NCBI GenBank assembly: GCA_027320425.1
Contig: DAHVLJ010000005.1
Span: 22,832-86,831 of the forward strand
DNA: 64,000 nt
Reading direction: 5' to 3'
From: Nitrososphaerota archaeon
GTDB taxonomy: Archaea > Thermoproteota > Nitrososphaeria > Nitrososphaerales > Gagatemarchaeaceae
In this document: positions 28,987-37,878 of the stretch, piece by piece
Layout of the letters: every line of letters starts with the position of its first letter
Numbering within the stretch: position 1 is the first letter of the stretch
Notes under the pieces: generated by a model
What the model was told of the DNA's origin: nothing
What the model saw: only the letters and a program-made list of their open reading frames with translations
The model's database searches: none
Translations under genes and position numbers: made by a program

Positions 28987-29274
28987 CTACAGGACTTCGA
29001 GCTTTCCGTATTTGCCCACATTGAGGCGAAGCTCGCCCCGGAAGCTGTTGGTGTAGCCGTTCGTCACCCTCACCTTGGAGCCGACCTTGACCTGGTCGAT
29101 CTGGTCGTCCCAGAGCGAGAGCTTGATCTGGCCGCTGTCGTCCTTCAGCTGGCAGTCGGCCACCCTGGCCTCTCCACCAGTCCTAAGGTTGACAGTCCTG
29201 GGCTCCTGCATCTCGGCAATCTCGCCTTCAGCGTCCACCCTTCTCATACCGTCACGCAAATCGCGTACGTTCAT
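28987..29274 (-). CDS. ssb: Single-OB-fold single-stranded DNA-binding protein
   Basis: DDSGQIKLSLW, NGYTNSFRGE.RLNVGKYG. Confidence 0.88.
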   Translation of the reverse strand: MNVRDLRDGMRRVDAEGEIAEMQEPRTVNLRTGGEARVADCQLKDDSGQIKLSLWDDQIDQVKVGSKVRVTNGYTNSFRGELRLNVGKYGKLEVL

Positions 29275-29353
29275 GCGAAGGCTGGTCGTCGGACGGCATT
29301 ATTTAACATTGAAGCAGTGAAAAGGGGACTGGAAACCGTTTAATCAGAAAGAA

Positions 29354-30406
29354 ATGGTCGGCCTGCTTCAGTTGTTCTCATGGATACTTCAGGGCGGGCT
29401 CCTGCTCCTTGCCTTCTTCGTCCCACTGGTCCTCCTGTTAGCCGCTTTTCCCCCTTTCCTACGATACCTTGCCAGGATAGGCCACGTCTCTGACGACGCC
29501 CACAAGTCGCCACCGACGAAGGTGCCGGAGCCCGCGGGGCCGCTCCTCTTCATCGCCATCCTTGCCGGAGAGCTGACAGTCGCCGCGGGATATGGCTCGT
29601 ATGTCCCCCTGGCGCTCGTCGCAGGTGCAGGCATAGCCTTCGCGATAGGGCTTGCCGACGACCTTTACGTCCTGGGGGGGAAGACCAAACCGCTGTTGCT
29701 TTTGCTAGCCGGAGTGGGTTTCGTCAGTTTCGTCTTTGTCAGGCCGGAGATATACACCTCTGACCTCAGCTTCCCTCTGCTCGGGGACACAAGTCCGCAC
29801 TTCATCATTTTCACCGTCCTCGCGATAGTGGCTTTCCCGGTCGTCACCAACGCGTTCAACATGATGGACGCGTTCAACGGCGAGATCTCCTGGTTCACGC
29901 TGCTCACCTCGCTGGCCCTGCTTGCTGGGGTGGTGCTCCACGAGGTCTACAGAGGAGGCTTCTCCATGTCGAGGGTCGCTTCGGTCCTTCCACTCGTAGC
30001 CGTGGCTACTGGTTTCCTGGTGTATAACAGGTATCCCGCCAGGGCGTTCGACGGGGACAGCGGGAGCCTGATGTTCGGCGCCATGTTCGCGGGCATCGCG
30101 ATCACGGGCGGGGTGGAAGTGGCGGCGATGATAGCGATGGTCCCAGCCATACTCAACTCGTTCTACACGCTCTCGAGCGTCAGAGGCTTCGTGGAGCGGC
30201 GAAAGATGTCCTCGAGGCCGACTTTCATCGGGAGCGACGGACTCCTGCACGCGTCCGTCGAAAAGGACGCCCCGAACACGTTGGTGCGCCTCGTCCTCCT
30301 CGCATCGCCTCTCACGGAGAAAGACCTGGTCAAGAGCATAGTCAAGCTCGTCGCGGTCGCGTGCGCTTTCTCAGTCGGCATCTCGGTCCTCACGTGGGTG
30401 CTCTAG
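29354..30406 (+). CDS. Polyprenyl-phosphate GlcNAc-1-phosphate transferase (AglH/Alg7/MraY superfamily)
   Basis: D.HK...KVPE..G, GLADDL, NAFNMMDAFNG, YNRYPARAFDGDSG. Confidence 0.88.
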   Translation: MVGLLQLFSWILQGGLLLLAFFVPLVLLLAAFPPFLRYLARIGHVSDDAHKSPPTKVPEPAGPLLFIAILAGELTVAAGYGSYVPLALVAGAGIAFAIGLADDLYVLGGKTKPLLLLLAGVGFVSFVFVRPEIYTSDLSFPLLGDTSPHFIIFTVLAIVAFPVVTNAFNMMDAFNGEISWFTLLTSLALLAGVVLHEVYRGGFSMSRVASVLPLVAVATGFLVYNRYPARAFDGDSGSLMFGAMFAGIAITGGVEVAAMIAMVPAILNSFYTLSSVRGFVERRKMSSRPTFIGSDGLLHASVEKDAPNTLVRLVLLASPLTEKDLVKSIVKLVAVACAFSVGISVLTWVL

Positions 30407-30410
30407 AAAC

Positions 30411-30662
30411 GTGAAGCTCCTTCCGCTTTATCTGATAGAGTCGGTCGCGTTCCTGCTGATAATCGCCGAAACCTACGTCTTCTTCATATTCGTCGTCCCG
30501 CTTGGATCGATTCCCCACACCCTGACTGAGTACACGTCGCTCGCGCTGCTGAAGGTCTTCCTCATACTCGTCCTTGGTGCGGTTTGGTTCTTCGTCCTCG
30601 ATGAGCTGACGGGCCTCTACGTCAGGTCTAAGGTCGGGAGTTCTCCCAGACCTTCATCTTAG
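30411..30662 (+). CDS. Small 2-TM membrane protein
   Basis: Starts 4 nt after the transferase stop; two hydrophobic helices. Confidence 0.6.
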   Translation: MKLLPLYLIESVAFLLIIAETYVFFIFVVPLGSIPHTLTEYTSLALLKVFLILVLGAVWFFVLDELTGLYVRSKVGSSPRPSS

Positions 30663-31113
30663 CGTCGAACTCTTTCCGCGTGTAGGCCACCCTCGCTGGG
30701 ACCCCCATGACCACCTTGCCTGCCGGGACGTCCTTGGTCACGACGGCTCCCATCGCGACGACGCCCCTCTTCCCGACGGTGACCCCCGCCTTGATCACAG
30801 CCCTGGCTCCGATCACCGCCCCGTCCTCGATGGTTACCCCGATCATCTTCTTGCTGGGAGGGTAAGGGTCGTTAGTGAGCACCGCCGCGGGGCCGATGAA
30901 CACGTTCTTCCCGATCCGGGACAAAGGCGGGATGTATACTCCCCCTTCGATCATGGTCCCGCTCCCGATCTGGACGTTGTAGTCTACGTGCGCCAGCGAC
31001 CCAATCTTGACATTGTCCCCTATCGTCGTGTTCGAGCCCACGTAAGCGAAGTGCCAGATCTTGACGTTCTTTCCTATCTTCGCCTCAGGCGACACGAAGT
31101 TCATGACCTTCAT
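30628..31113 (-). CDS. Hexapeptide-repeat N-acetyltransferase (WbpD-like)
   Basis: IGKNVKIWHF, VFIGP..VLTND.YP, VVTKDVP..VV.G.PAR. Confidence 0.88.
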   Translation of the reverse strand: MKVMNFVSPEAKIGKNVKIWHFAYVGSNTTIGDNVKIGSLAHVDYNVQIGSGTMIEGGVYIPPLSRIGKNVFIGPAAVLTNDPYPPSKKMIGVTIEDGAVIGARAVIKAGVTVGKRGVVAMGAVVTKDVPAGKVVMGVPARVAYTRKEFDAKMKVWENSRP

Positions 31114-31117
31114 AACA

Positions 31118-32056
31118 TCACTCGAGGTATACCGGCGTCCCCGATGTGCTTGAAGCCAGGGCTGCTTCAGCGACCCTCATGACATTGAGCCCGTCTTTTC
31201 CTGTGACCAGGGGCTGTCTCTTTTCTCCGACGGCGTCTACGAATCCCTTCAGCTCGAGCATGAGCGGCTCTTGGAAGGGCCTGGTAGGGACCGTCGTCGT
31301 GGCTCCTTCGTGGATGCTCGTCTGCTGCGTCACGAAGTCGACGTCCACGACTCCGCCTGAAAAGACCGCGCTCATCGTCCTGACTCTGTTGGGCGTGATC
31401 CAGTTCGTCACCAAGAAGGCGGTCTTCTGCCCCGAAAATCCCAGCATGATGGTGGCGAAGTCCTCATGCTCAAGGGGGGCGAGCGCGGCGCCCACCCTCG
31501 CGTAGACGACTTTTGGGGCCTCCCCGAACAACCAGCAGGCGGTGTCGATGTCATGCACAGACGCGTCTTTCACTATGCCGACGTCGCTTATGCCCAGCCC
31601 TCTCCTGTTCTCCCTGTGGAACTCCAGAAGGATTGGCTCCCCCAGCTTGCCTTCCGAGAACATATGCTTCAGCGCGGTTATCGGCGGGTTGAACCTCTCG
31701 ATGAATCCGACAGTGATGAAGCGGTTAGCGCTCTTCGCAGCCTCGATGAGCATCTCTCCGTCCTTCATCGAGGTGGACATGGGCTTCTCGATGAAGACGT
31801 GCATCCCCGCGGTAAGCGCCTGCGTCGCCACCTGGAAGTGCGTGGTGGCAGGCGTGCAGACCGTGATCGCGTCGAGGTTCTCCTTCTTCAGCATGGCCTC
31901 GAGCGAAGTGTACCCGGGGACATGGTAATTCTTGGAGAAGGTGTCCGCCCTTGCCTGGTCCATGTCACAGACAGCTGCTAGGCAGTGGAGCTCGTTAAAC
32001 ACCCGGACGTGGTTCTTTCCCCAGCCTCCCGTCCCGACGACGCCGACCCGCACCAT
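31118..32056 (-). CDS. Gfo/Idh/MocA oxidoreductase (WbpB-like sugar 3-dehydrogenase)
   Basis: GTGGWGKNH, EKPM, GFIERFNP, D..VHDID. Confidence 0.88.
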   Translation of the reverse strand: MVRVGVVGTGGWGKNHVRVFNELHCLAAVCDMDQARADTFSKNYHVPGYTSLEAMLKKENLDAITVCTPATTHFQVATQALTAGMHVFIEKPMSTSMKDGEMLIEAAKSANRFITVGFIERFNPPITALKHMFSEGKLGEPILLEFHRENRRGLGISDVGIVKDASVHDIDTACWLFGEAPKVVYARVGAALAPLEHEDFATIMLGFSGQKTAFLVTNWITPNRVRTMSAVFSGGVVDVDFVTQQTSIHEGATTTVPTRPFQEPLMLELKGFVDAVGEKRQPLVTGKDGLNVMRVAEAALASSTSGTPVYLE

Positions 32057-32216
32057 CAGAAATTCGGTCCGAATCCTTGCGATATAGGGTTACTGCCATG
32101 GAACGCCGGCTACCATCCAAGGCCCACGCCGGGGAGAGTCAACCCGCCATGGTTCTCGCCCCAAAGCAGCTTTCAAAGTCTTAGAGTTATATGGAAACGT
32201 CTGGGTCGAAGAGGGG

Positions 32217-32444
32217 TTGCAGAGGCTTTCACTGATATCTCTGGCTGCTCTCGTCGCGGTGGCGGGCATCCTTGCTCTCGCCGTCTTCGTCCATCCCGGG
32301 GTGATTTCATCGCCTGCGCAGGGACAGAGCGCCGGCGCTCAGGGGGCGAACCAGATTGGCACGAACAGCTCTCTTCTGTCGCAGCCACCACCTTCTAGCT
32401 CCGGCGGCGGGAGCGATGACGGCGGCGGGTCGTCCGACGGGTAA
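32217..32444 (+). CDS. Small membrane-anchored protein with Gly/Ser/Asp tail
   Basis: N-terminal hydrophobic helix, low-complexity SSSGGGSDDGG tail; TTATAT box at ~32187. Confidence 0.55.
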   Translation: MQRLSLISLAALVAVAGILALAVFVHPGVISSPAQGQSAGAQGANQIGTNSSLLSQPPPSSSGGGSDDGGGSSDG

Positions 32445-32458
32445 CCGGAGCCTGATAC

Positions 32459-32935
32459 TTGCCGGAGTCCTTGTTCCTCGGGGACATAACGGGTTTCGCT
32501 GCGCTGGCCTTCCTGTGCCTTTCCGCTTTCATGATGGCCTTCAGGGCGAAGTTAGTGACGCTGTCAGGGGGGACCGCGCCCCTCAGGAACGCTCACGTCA
32601 TCGTCTCGCTCCTGGGGACGGTGTTCCTCGCCCTCCACATCGGGATCCTGTTCAACCTCCCGGTGACCATACCGCTCGACCTGGGGTACGGCGCGTTCGC
32701 GCTGGGGTTGTTCCTGTGGGCGACCGGCATCGGCTTTCTTGAGCGCAACAGGGACTCCTACTTTCTCCATGGATCGACGGCGGTGGCCCTTGTCGCCCTC
32801 GTCGTCGTACATGCTGCGTCTTCAGGGATTAACTTCCCCGAGTACGTAGCCGTTCCCGCGTTGATTGCCTCAGGTTCGATTGCACTGTTAAGCGGCGCGT
32901 TAACCATTAAGAGGCCGCGCCCGAAAGCCAGGTGA
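32459..32935 (+). CDS. Small membrane protein, probable di-heme cytochrome b (ferric-reductase-like TM domain)
   Basis: 5 hydrophobic helices with two H-x13-H pairs. Confidence 0.7.
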   Translation: MPESLFLGDITGFAALAFLCLSAFMMAFRAKLVTLSGGTAPLRNAHVIVSLLGTVFLALHIGILFNLPVTIPLDLGYGAFALGLFLWATGIGFLERNRDSYFLHGSTAVALVALVVVHAASSGINFPEYVAVPALIASGSIALLSGALTIKRPRPKAR

Positions 32936-33408
32936 CAAAATCGGACAGGCGCGACTTCATCAGGAGGCTGTCGATGACCGCCGTGTTCGGGATCATCGGG
33001 GCCTTCGCCTACATCGAAGCTTTTGCCAAGATCGGAGAGCAGGCGCAGTACAGCCTTCTCCAGTCCGGTACCGCAGCAGGAACGCAGCAGGCTCCTACAG
33101 GATACGTGTATGTCGCCCCTTTGTCTGCCCTGTCGGCCAAGACTTCAGCCTACTTCGACCACCCTTCCCACGGGTCTTCGATCCTGGTGAATTTCGGTGG
33201 GCAGTGGAAGGCGTTCAGCGCCATCTGCACCCATGCGGGGTGCACGGTCGACTACACCGGCTCGTCGATCTTCTGCCCGTGTCATTCAGGGAGCTTCAGC
33301 CCGTCCAACGGGAGCGTCCAGGGCGGTCCTCCCCCGTCTCCGCTCCCCGAGTACGGAGTGGTGATACAGTCAGGGGACCTCTACGTCAGCCAGGCCATCA
33401 TCAACTGA
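32932..33408 (+). CDS. Tat-exported Rieske [2Fe-2S] protein
   Basis: DRRDFI twin-arginine + TM; CTHAGC and CPCHSGSF; GPPP.PL. Confidence 0.9.
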   Translation: MTKSDRRDFIRRLSMTAVFGIIGAFAYIEAFAKIGEQAQYSLLQSGTAAGTQQAPTGYVYVAPLSALSAKTSAYFDHPSHGSSILVNFGGQWKAFSAICTHAGCTVDYTGSSIFCPCHSGSFSPSNGSVQGGPPPSPLPEYGVVIQSGDLYVSQAIIN

Positions 33409-33421
33409 ATACGAGCACGGG

Positions 33422-34552
33422 TCAGTCTCTTCGAAGAGCGGGGGTCGCGTAGATCAGGGTCGCATCTGCGTTCCCCAGCGCCTTCTTCATCGCTTTGAAG
33501 GAGTCCTGGTCTTCCCTGGAGCAGACGATTACCACGTTGTGCTTTAACGGGTCAAACACCTCTCGGCCCCCTTTGACCTTCGAACCTGAGACCACCTCCA
33601 CGTCTGTCACATAGTCCCTCAGCCGCTGCTGGATGCTCTCGGCGACCTGAAGCCTTTCCCCCCTCATCTCGTACTTGTCGAGGTTCCAGAGAAGGGAGAT
33701 CTTGGTCCTGCTGGCCTTCAGTTGCTTCTCCTTGAGCACCTCCCTTGTCTCGTCCACGACGTATCGCACGTAGTTGTCGAAGCTCTTCAGCGTGGCTCCC
33801 GCCAGATACGCGATTGACTCTCCAGTCTCTTCGCTGGCTTGGATTGCTTTCAACTCGAACAGATATTTCGAGAATTCGTCCAAGTACACCTCGGCCTTCC
33901 GCTGCAGGGATACCTTAGCCTCGCGCGCTCGCCTCGCCATCTCGATCTCGGTCACCGACTCCACCGCCGCTTCCATGACCCCTGCGGCGTACTCCAGTTC
34001 GGCAGAGAAGACATTCTGAGAATTGAGGGAGTAGCCCAGCCCGGTGAGCGGACCCTTGTCCATCAACCCCGCCGCGGACACCACCGCAGGCTTCTGCTCT
34101 CTCGGTCTCAGGGGAAGGTACGCATAGGTCAGCGTCGAACCTACCTGCAACCCCGTCTGTTTCTCTACGAGCATGATGTTCTCCGAGTTACCGCCGGGAC
34201 CAGTCGGGAGAGAGTTGACGAGTGTCACCCCCTTCGAGAGGTACTTCGAGAGTTCGCGCATCTTTGACACAGCCTCGATGAGGGTCTCGTCAGACGGTCG
34301 CCTCAGCTTGGGGGTGAAGAAGATCACCTGGGCCTCGCCGAGCACCTGTTCGAGCGGCTTGAAGCTAAGCAGCGGCTCTTCGGCCATGACCTCCTGGAGG
34401 TTGGGGTTCTTCTTCAGGAACCCCGGCTCTATGTCCATGGCCATCTGAAGGGTCTCGTCGACGATCGTCACCTGGGCCCTGTCGACAAGGTCCGCAGCCA
34501 ATCGGTATGCTTCGCTCGTAAGCCCATACATCGCGACCTTGATCTTTGGCAA
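33422..34552 (-). CDS. Divergent UDP-sugar 6-dehydrogenase-like protein (WbpA/WecC fold, motifs degenerate)
   Basis: Collinear resemblance: KVAMYGL, LSKGVTLVNSLPTGPG, AYLPLR, YVVDETREVLK...TKISLL; TTG start 34552. Confidence 0.65.
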   Translation of the reverse strand: MPKIKVAMYGLTSEAYRLAADLVDRAQVTIVDETLQMAMDIEPGFLKKNPNLQEVMAEEPLLSFKPLEQVLGEAQVIFFTPKLRRPSDETLIEAVSKMRELSKYLSKGVTLVNSLPTGPGGNSENIMLVEKQTGLQVGSTLTYAYLPLRPREQKPAVVSAAGLMDKGPLTGLGYSLNSQNVFSAELEYAAGVMEAAVESVTEIEMARRAREAKVSLQRKAEVYLDEFSKYLFELKAIQASEETGESIAYLAGATLKSFDNYVRYVVDETREVLKEKQLKASRTKISLLWNLDKYEMRGERLQVAESIQQRLRDYVTDVEVVSGSKVKGGREVFDPLKHNVVIVCSREDQDSFKAMKKALGNADATLIYATPALRRD

Positions 34553-34649
34553 AACCTGCTCGGGGCTCGCAGCCCGTTTGGTATTATACTTTGAAACAAG
34601 GGCAAACGGATTAGTATCAAGACCTGGGCCGACTCTGCGAGGAACCGAG

Positions 34650-35702
34650 TTGCGCGTCTGGTTCGACGTTCTTACGCCCAAGCAGGTGCTGTTCTTCGGG
34701 CCCATTATCAGGAGCCTCAGTGACTCAGGCGCAGAGGTCCTGGCCACCTCGCGAAGATACCGTGAAGTCGGACCCCTCGCCGAAAGGTCGGGGCTGAAGC
34801 TCGAATATGTCGGAGACCGGGGTCGCAGGGGTGAGGAGGACCAGCTTCTGGCCGCGACCAGGCGGCAAGCTGAGATGATACCACTGGTCAGAGACTTCCG
34901 ACCGCAGGCCGCAGTTTCGATAGCTTCAGCGGTCTGTGCGCGGATAGCCTTCGGCCTGAAAGTCAAGCACGTCGCTGTGAACGACTCTCCTCACTCAGAA
35001 GTCGCAGGGAGGCTCTCGATCCCGCTTAGCCATCACCTGCTTTGCCCTTGGGTAATCCCATATGCTGCCTGGAAGCGTTTTGGAATCGGAAAGGACCAGG
35101 TCACGACATATCACGCTCTTGACCCCGCCGCCTGGCTAAAGCGGGCCCCTCTCCCCGGCCCGGTACCAAAGCTCAGGACCGGGAGGAAGACAATCACCGT
35201 CAGGGTTCAGGAGAGCGACGCCCCCTATCTTGCGAGTGCAGATGCGAAGTGGGTTGACACCGTCCTGACGTCGCTCCTCGGGGCGTTCCCCGACGCCAAC
35301 CTGGTGGCTCTATGCAGGTATGACTTCCAGGTGGAGGAGATAAGGAGAAAATTCGGCTCGAGGTGGATCGTCCCCGGCGAGGTCGTCAGCGGCCACGACC
35401 TTCTCTCCTCTACAGACCTGTTCGTCGGGATGGGTGGGACGATGAACGCCGAAGCCGCCTTGATGGGCGTGCCGACCATATCCGCGTTTCAGGGGGCGCT
35501 CTACACTGACAGGTACCTTGGCTCTGTGGGCCTTCTATCCAAGGCGCTCACGCCTGCCGCCCTTCTCTCAGAGGCGAAGAGACTGTTGAACTCGACGTCC
35601 AGGAAACGCTACGCTTCCAAGGCAAAGCGAACGCTCGACGCAATGGACGACCCTGTTCCAAAGATAGCAGGATTCATCAGAAAGACTGCCAATCAAGCCT
35701 AA
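34650..35702 (+). CDS. DUF354 family GT-B-fold protein
   Basis: RVWFDVLTPKQV.FF, NDSPH, GMGGTMNAEAALMGVPTIS; TTG start 34650. Confidence 0.88.
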   Translation: MRVWFDVLTPKQVLFFGPIIRSLSDSGAEVLATSRRYREVGPLAERSGLKLEYVGDRGRRGEEDQLLAATRRQAEMIPLVRDFRPQAAVSIASAVCARIAFGLKVKHVAVNDSPHSEVAGRLSIPLSHHLLCPWVIPYAAWKRFGIGKDQVTTYHALDPAAWLKRAPLPGPVPKLRTGRKTITVRVQESDAPYLASADAKWVDTVLTSLLGAFPDANLVALCRYDFQVEEIRRKFGSRWIVPGEVVSGHDLLSSTDLFVGMGGTMNAEAALMGVPTISAFQGALYTDRYLGSVGLLSKALTPAALLSEAKRLLNSTSRKRYASKAKRTLDAMDDPVPKIAGFIRKTANQA

Positions 35703-35730
35703 ATCACCACCACTGCGTGCTTTACACTGC

Positions 35731-35804
35731 AGCCCGGTCGTCTAGTTGGTCAAGGATGCTGGCCTTTGGAGCCGGCGACCCTGGTTCGAATCCAGGCCGG
35801 GCTA
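35731..35804 (+). tRNA. tRNA-Gln(TTG)
   Basis: AGCCCGG acceptor (A1-U72), CTGGC-CTTTGGA-GCCGG, TTCGAAT T-loop; followed by T-rich tract. Confidence 0.95.
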
Positions 35805-35892
35805 TCTTTTTCTTGCCGAGCGCACCGCTAGAAGACGCGCAGTTCCATCCATGAGTCGGGCCCTTTGAGCGTCGTGTGCAGCCTAATCTGCC

Positions 35893-36678
35893 CTATGCCC
35901 CGCCGAGGGAGACGATGAGATCGGTGGCGAAGCCGAGGCAGAGCCCGAGGAATATCCCGCTCATCATCAGTCCGCTGCTGTACCGCCTGCGGCCAGTGTT
36001 GAACATCAACATTGTGACATAGACCAGAGCGCCTCCGGCCAGAGCGAGGAAGAAGACATAGGCGTACGGAGAATACGAAACGCTCCCTACCAGTGTCCCT
36101 ATGAGCGTCGGGACCCCGCCTATGAACAACACCTTTGCAAGGAATGAGATCTTCGGACTCTTTTCCGAGCCGACTAGAGGCGCAGTGATGCCGAACCCTT
36201 CAGTGGCGTTGTGGGCAGCGAACCCCACTGCAAGGACAACGCCCAGCCCCACCAGCCCTGCAGCGAACGACTGTCCTATGGCGAGCCCTTCGCTCAGGTT
36301 GTGCGCCCCTATGCCAAGGGCGGTCATGGTGGAGACCTTAGCAGGCGTCACCGCGTCCTGGCCCTGCCCCATGTAACGCCTCTCATAGACGACCAGCCCA
36401 AGTAGACCTATGCTTATCCCCGCGAACATCAGGATAAGATATGCAACCGCATCAGATGCAGACCCCGCCCCCTGGTAGGCGGCCACCGCAGCGCCGGTCG
36501 TGGTGTCCCACGCGTGGCTGAAGACGTCCACTATCAGGAACATCAGTATGCCTACCGCGAACGCGTTGAGGAACCCCCTGACCTTGTCACCTATCCCTAG
36601 AAGGACTATCGGCAGGCCCAGGAATATGGTGAAACCGGCGAAGCCGCCTATGAGGGCGAGCTCGAGTAGGTCGGCCAT
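35893..36678 (-). CDS. ZIP family divalent metal transporter
   Basis: GIGAHNLSEGLAIG and AHNATEGFGI. Confidence 0.92.
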   Translation of the reverse strand: MADLLELALIGGFAGFTIFLGLPIVLLGIGDKVRGFLNAFAVGILMFLIVDVFSHAWDTTTGAAVAAYQGAGSASDAVAYLILMFAGISIGLLGLVVYERRYMGQGQDAVTPAKVSTMTALGIGAHNLSEGLAIGQSFAAGLVGLGVVLAVGFAAHNATEGFGITAPLVGSEKSPKISFLAKVLFIGGVPTLIGTLVGSVSYSPYAYVFFLALAGGALVYVTMLMFNTGRRRYSSGLMMSGIFLGLCLGFATDLIVSLGGA

Positions 36679-36702
36679 TGCTTGAGACCTTCGACCACCG
36701 AG

Positions 36703-36716
36703 ATAACATATGTTAT
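36703..36716. promoter_or_regulatory. Perfect 14-bp palindrome overlapping the ZIP transporter promoter
   Basis: ATAACATATGTTAT is its own reverse complement; overlaps a TTATAA box. Confidence 0.6.
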
Positions 36717-36786
36717 AACCGTTTAACCTAATTTCAGACCATTTGCCTGGAAACCTTAATGTCGATGAACGGGCTTTCTATCCTGA

Positions 36787-37878
36787 TTGTCGCCAGACCC
36801 CAGGCTGACAGTTCCCTCAGGTAAGGAGGCAGAGCTTTACCGAGACCTTTCAGGAGGTAAGGTACAGTGCACCGCCTGCGCGCGGCTCTGCCAGATAGGA
36901 GAAGGGCAGGTGGGACTGTGCGGCGTCCGCGGAGTCGTCGGGGGGAAACTCTACCTCCTCGTCTACGGCCGGGTGATGGCGGGGCACATCGACCCGATTG
37001 AGAAGAAGCCTGTCGTCCACTACCGGCCAGGCTCCAAGATATTCTCTCTCGCTACCAGTGGTTGTAACTGGCTTTGTCGTTACTGCCAGAACTACGACAT
37101 CAGCCAGAGGAGGAAGATCGAGGGGACTGAGGCGGCGCCAGGCGACATGGTGGCCCAGGCTGTCGCGCACGGCTGCGAAGGAATGGCGTACACCTACAAC
37201 CAGCCGACAATTTTCATGGAGTACGCCCGCGACGTGGGGAAGCTTGCGAGGTCGAAGGGGCTCTTCAACATATTCGTCTCCAATGGCTACGACACGCCTG
37301 AGACCGTGGCGATGATGGACGACTTCCTCGACTGCATCACCGTCGACTTCAAGGGGAGCGGAGAGACGAAGTTCGTCCGGAGCTACATCGGCATTCCCGA
37401 CGCCGGCCCCATCTATCAGACCTTGAAGGAGATCCAGCGCCGGGGCAAGGTCCACATCGAGGTCACAGATCTGATAGTCCCAGGGGTCGGCGAGTCGCTG
37501 GAAGAGGCGGCGAAGATGTGCAGGTGGATATACGACAACCTCGGGCCAGACACGCCAGTCCACTTCCTTAGGTTCCACCCCGACTACAAGATGATGGATC
37601 TTCCCTGGACTCCGGTGGAGACCCTTGAGAAGCATGTCAGGGTCGGAAGAGATGCGGGGTTGGATTACGTCTACATCGGGAACGTCCCAGGGCACCCCGA
37701 CGAAAGCACCTACTGCCCCGGATGCAAGTCGGTCCTCATCAAGAGATACGGCTACGAGATCCTCGAGTACAACCTGGACCAAAACAGCAAGTGCAAGACC
37801 TGCGGATACAAGACCCCCATCGTAGGGCCCCTCAGCAAGTCCTTCGCCGGCGACCGGTTCCTATCCGTGATCAGTTAG
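36787..37878 (+). CDS. amrS: AmmeMemoRadiSam-type radical SAM enzyme
   Basis: N-terminal CxxCxxxC..G.CGVR, DPIEKKP, GCNWLCRYCQN, RFHPDYK, YVYIGNV, C-terminal CxxC pairs. Confidence 0.88.
   Translation: MSPDPRLTVPSGKEAELYRDLSGGKVQCTACARLCQIGEGQVGLCGVRGVVGGKLYLLVYGRVMAGHIDPIEKKPVVHYRPGSKIFSLATSGCNWLCRYCQNYDISQRRKIEGTEAAPGDMVAQAVAHGCEGMAYTYNQPTIFMEYARDVGKLARSKGLFNIFVSNGYDTPETVAMMDDFLDCITVDFKGSGETKFVRSYIGIPDAGPIYQTLKEIQRRGKVHIEVTDLIVPGVGESLEEAAKMCRWIYDNLGPDTPVHFLRFHPDYKMMDLPWTPVETLEKHVRVGRDAGLDYVYIGNVPGHPDESTYCPGCKSVLIKRYGYEILEYNLDQNSKCKTCGYKTPIVGPLSKSFAGDRFLSVIS

Noticed and set aside
34539..34966. Apparent 400-nt head-to-head overlap of two long ORFs
   Set aside because: Artefact of longest-ORF starts; plausible starts at 34552 (-) and 34650 (+) leave a normal divergent promoter gap
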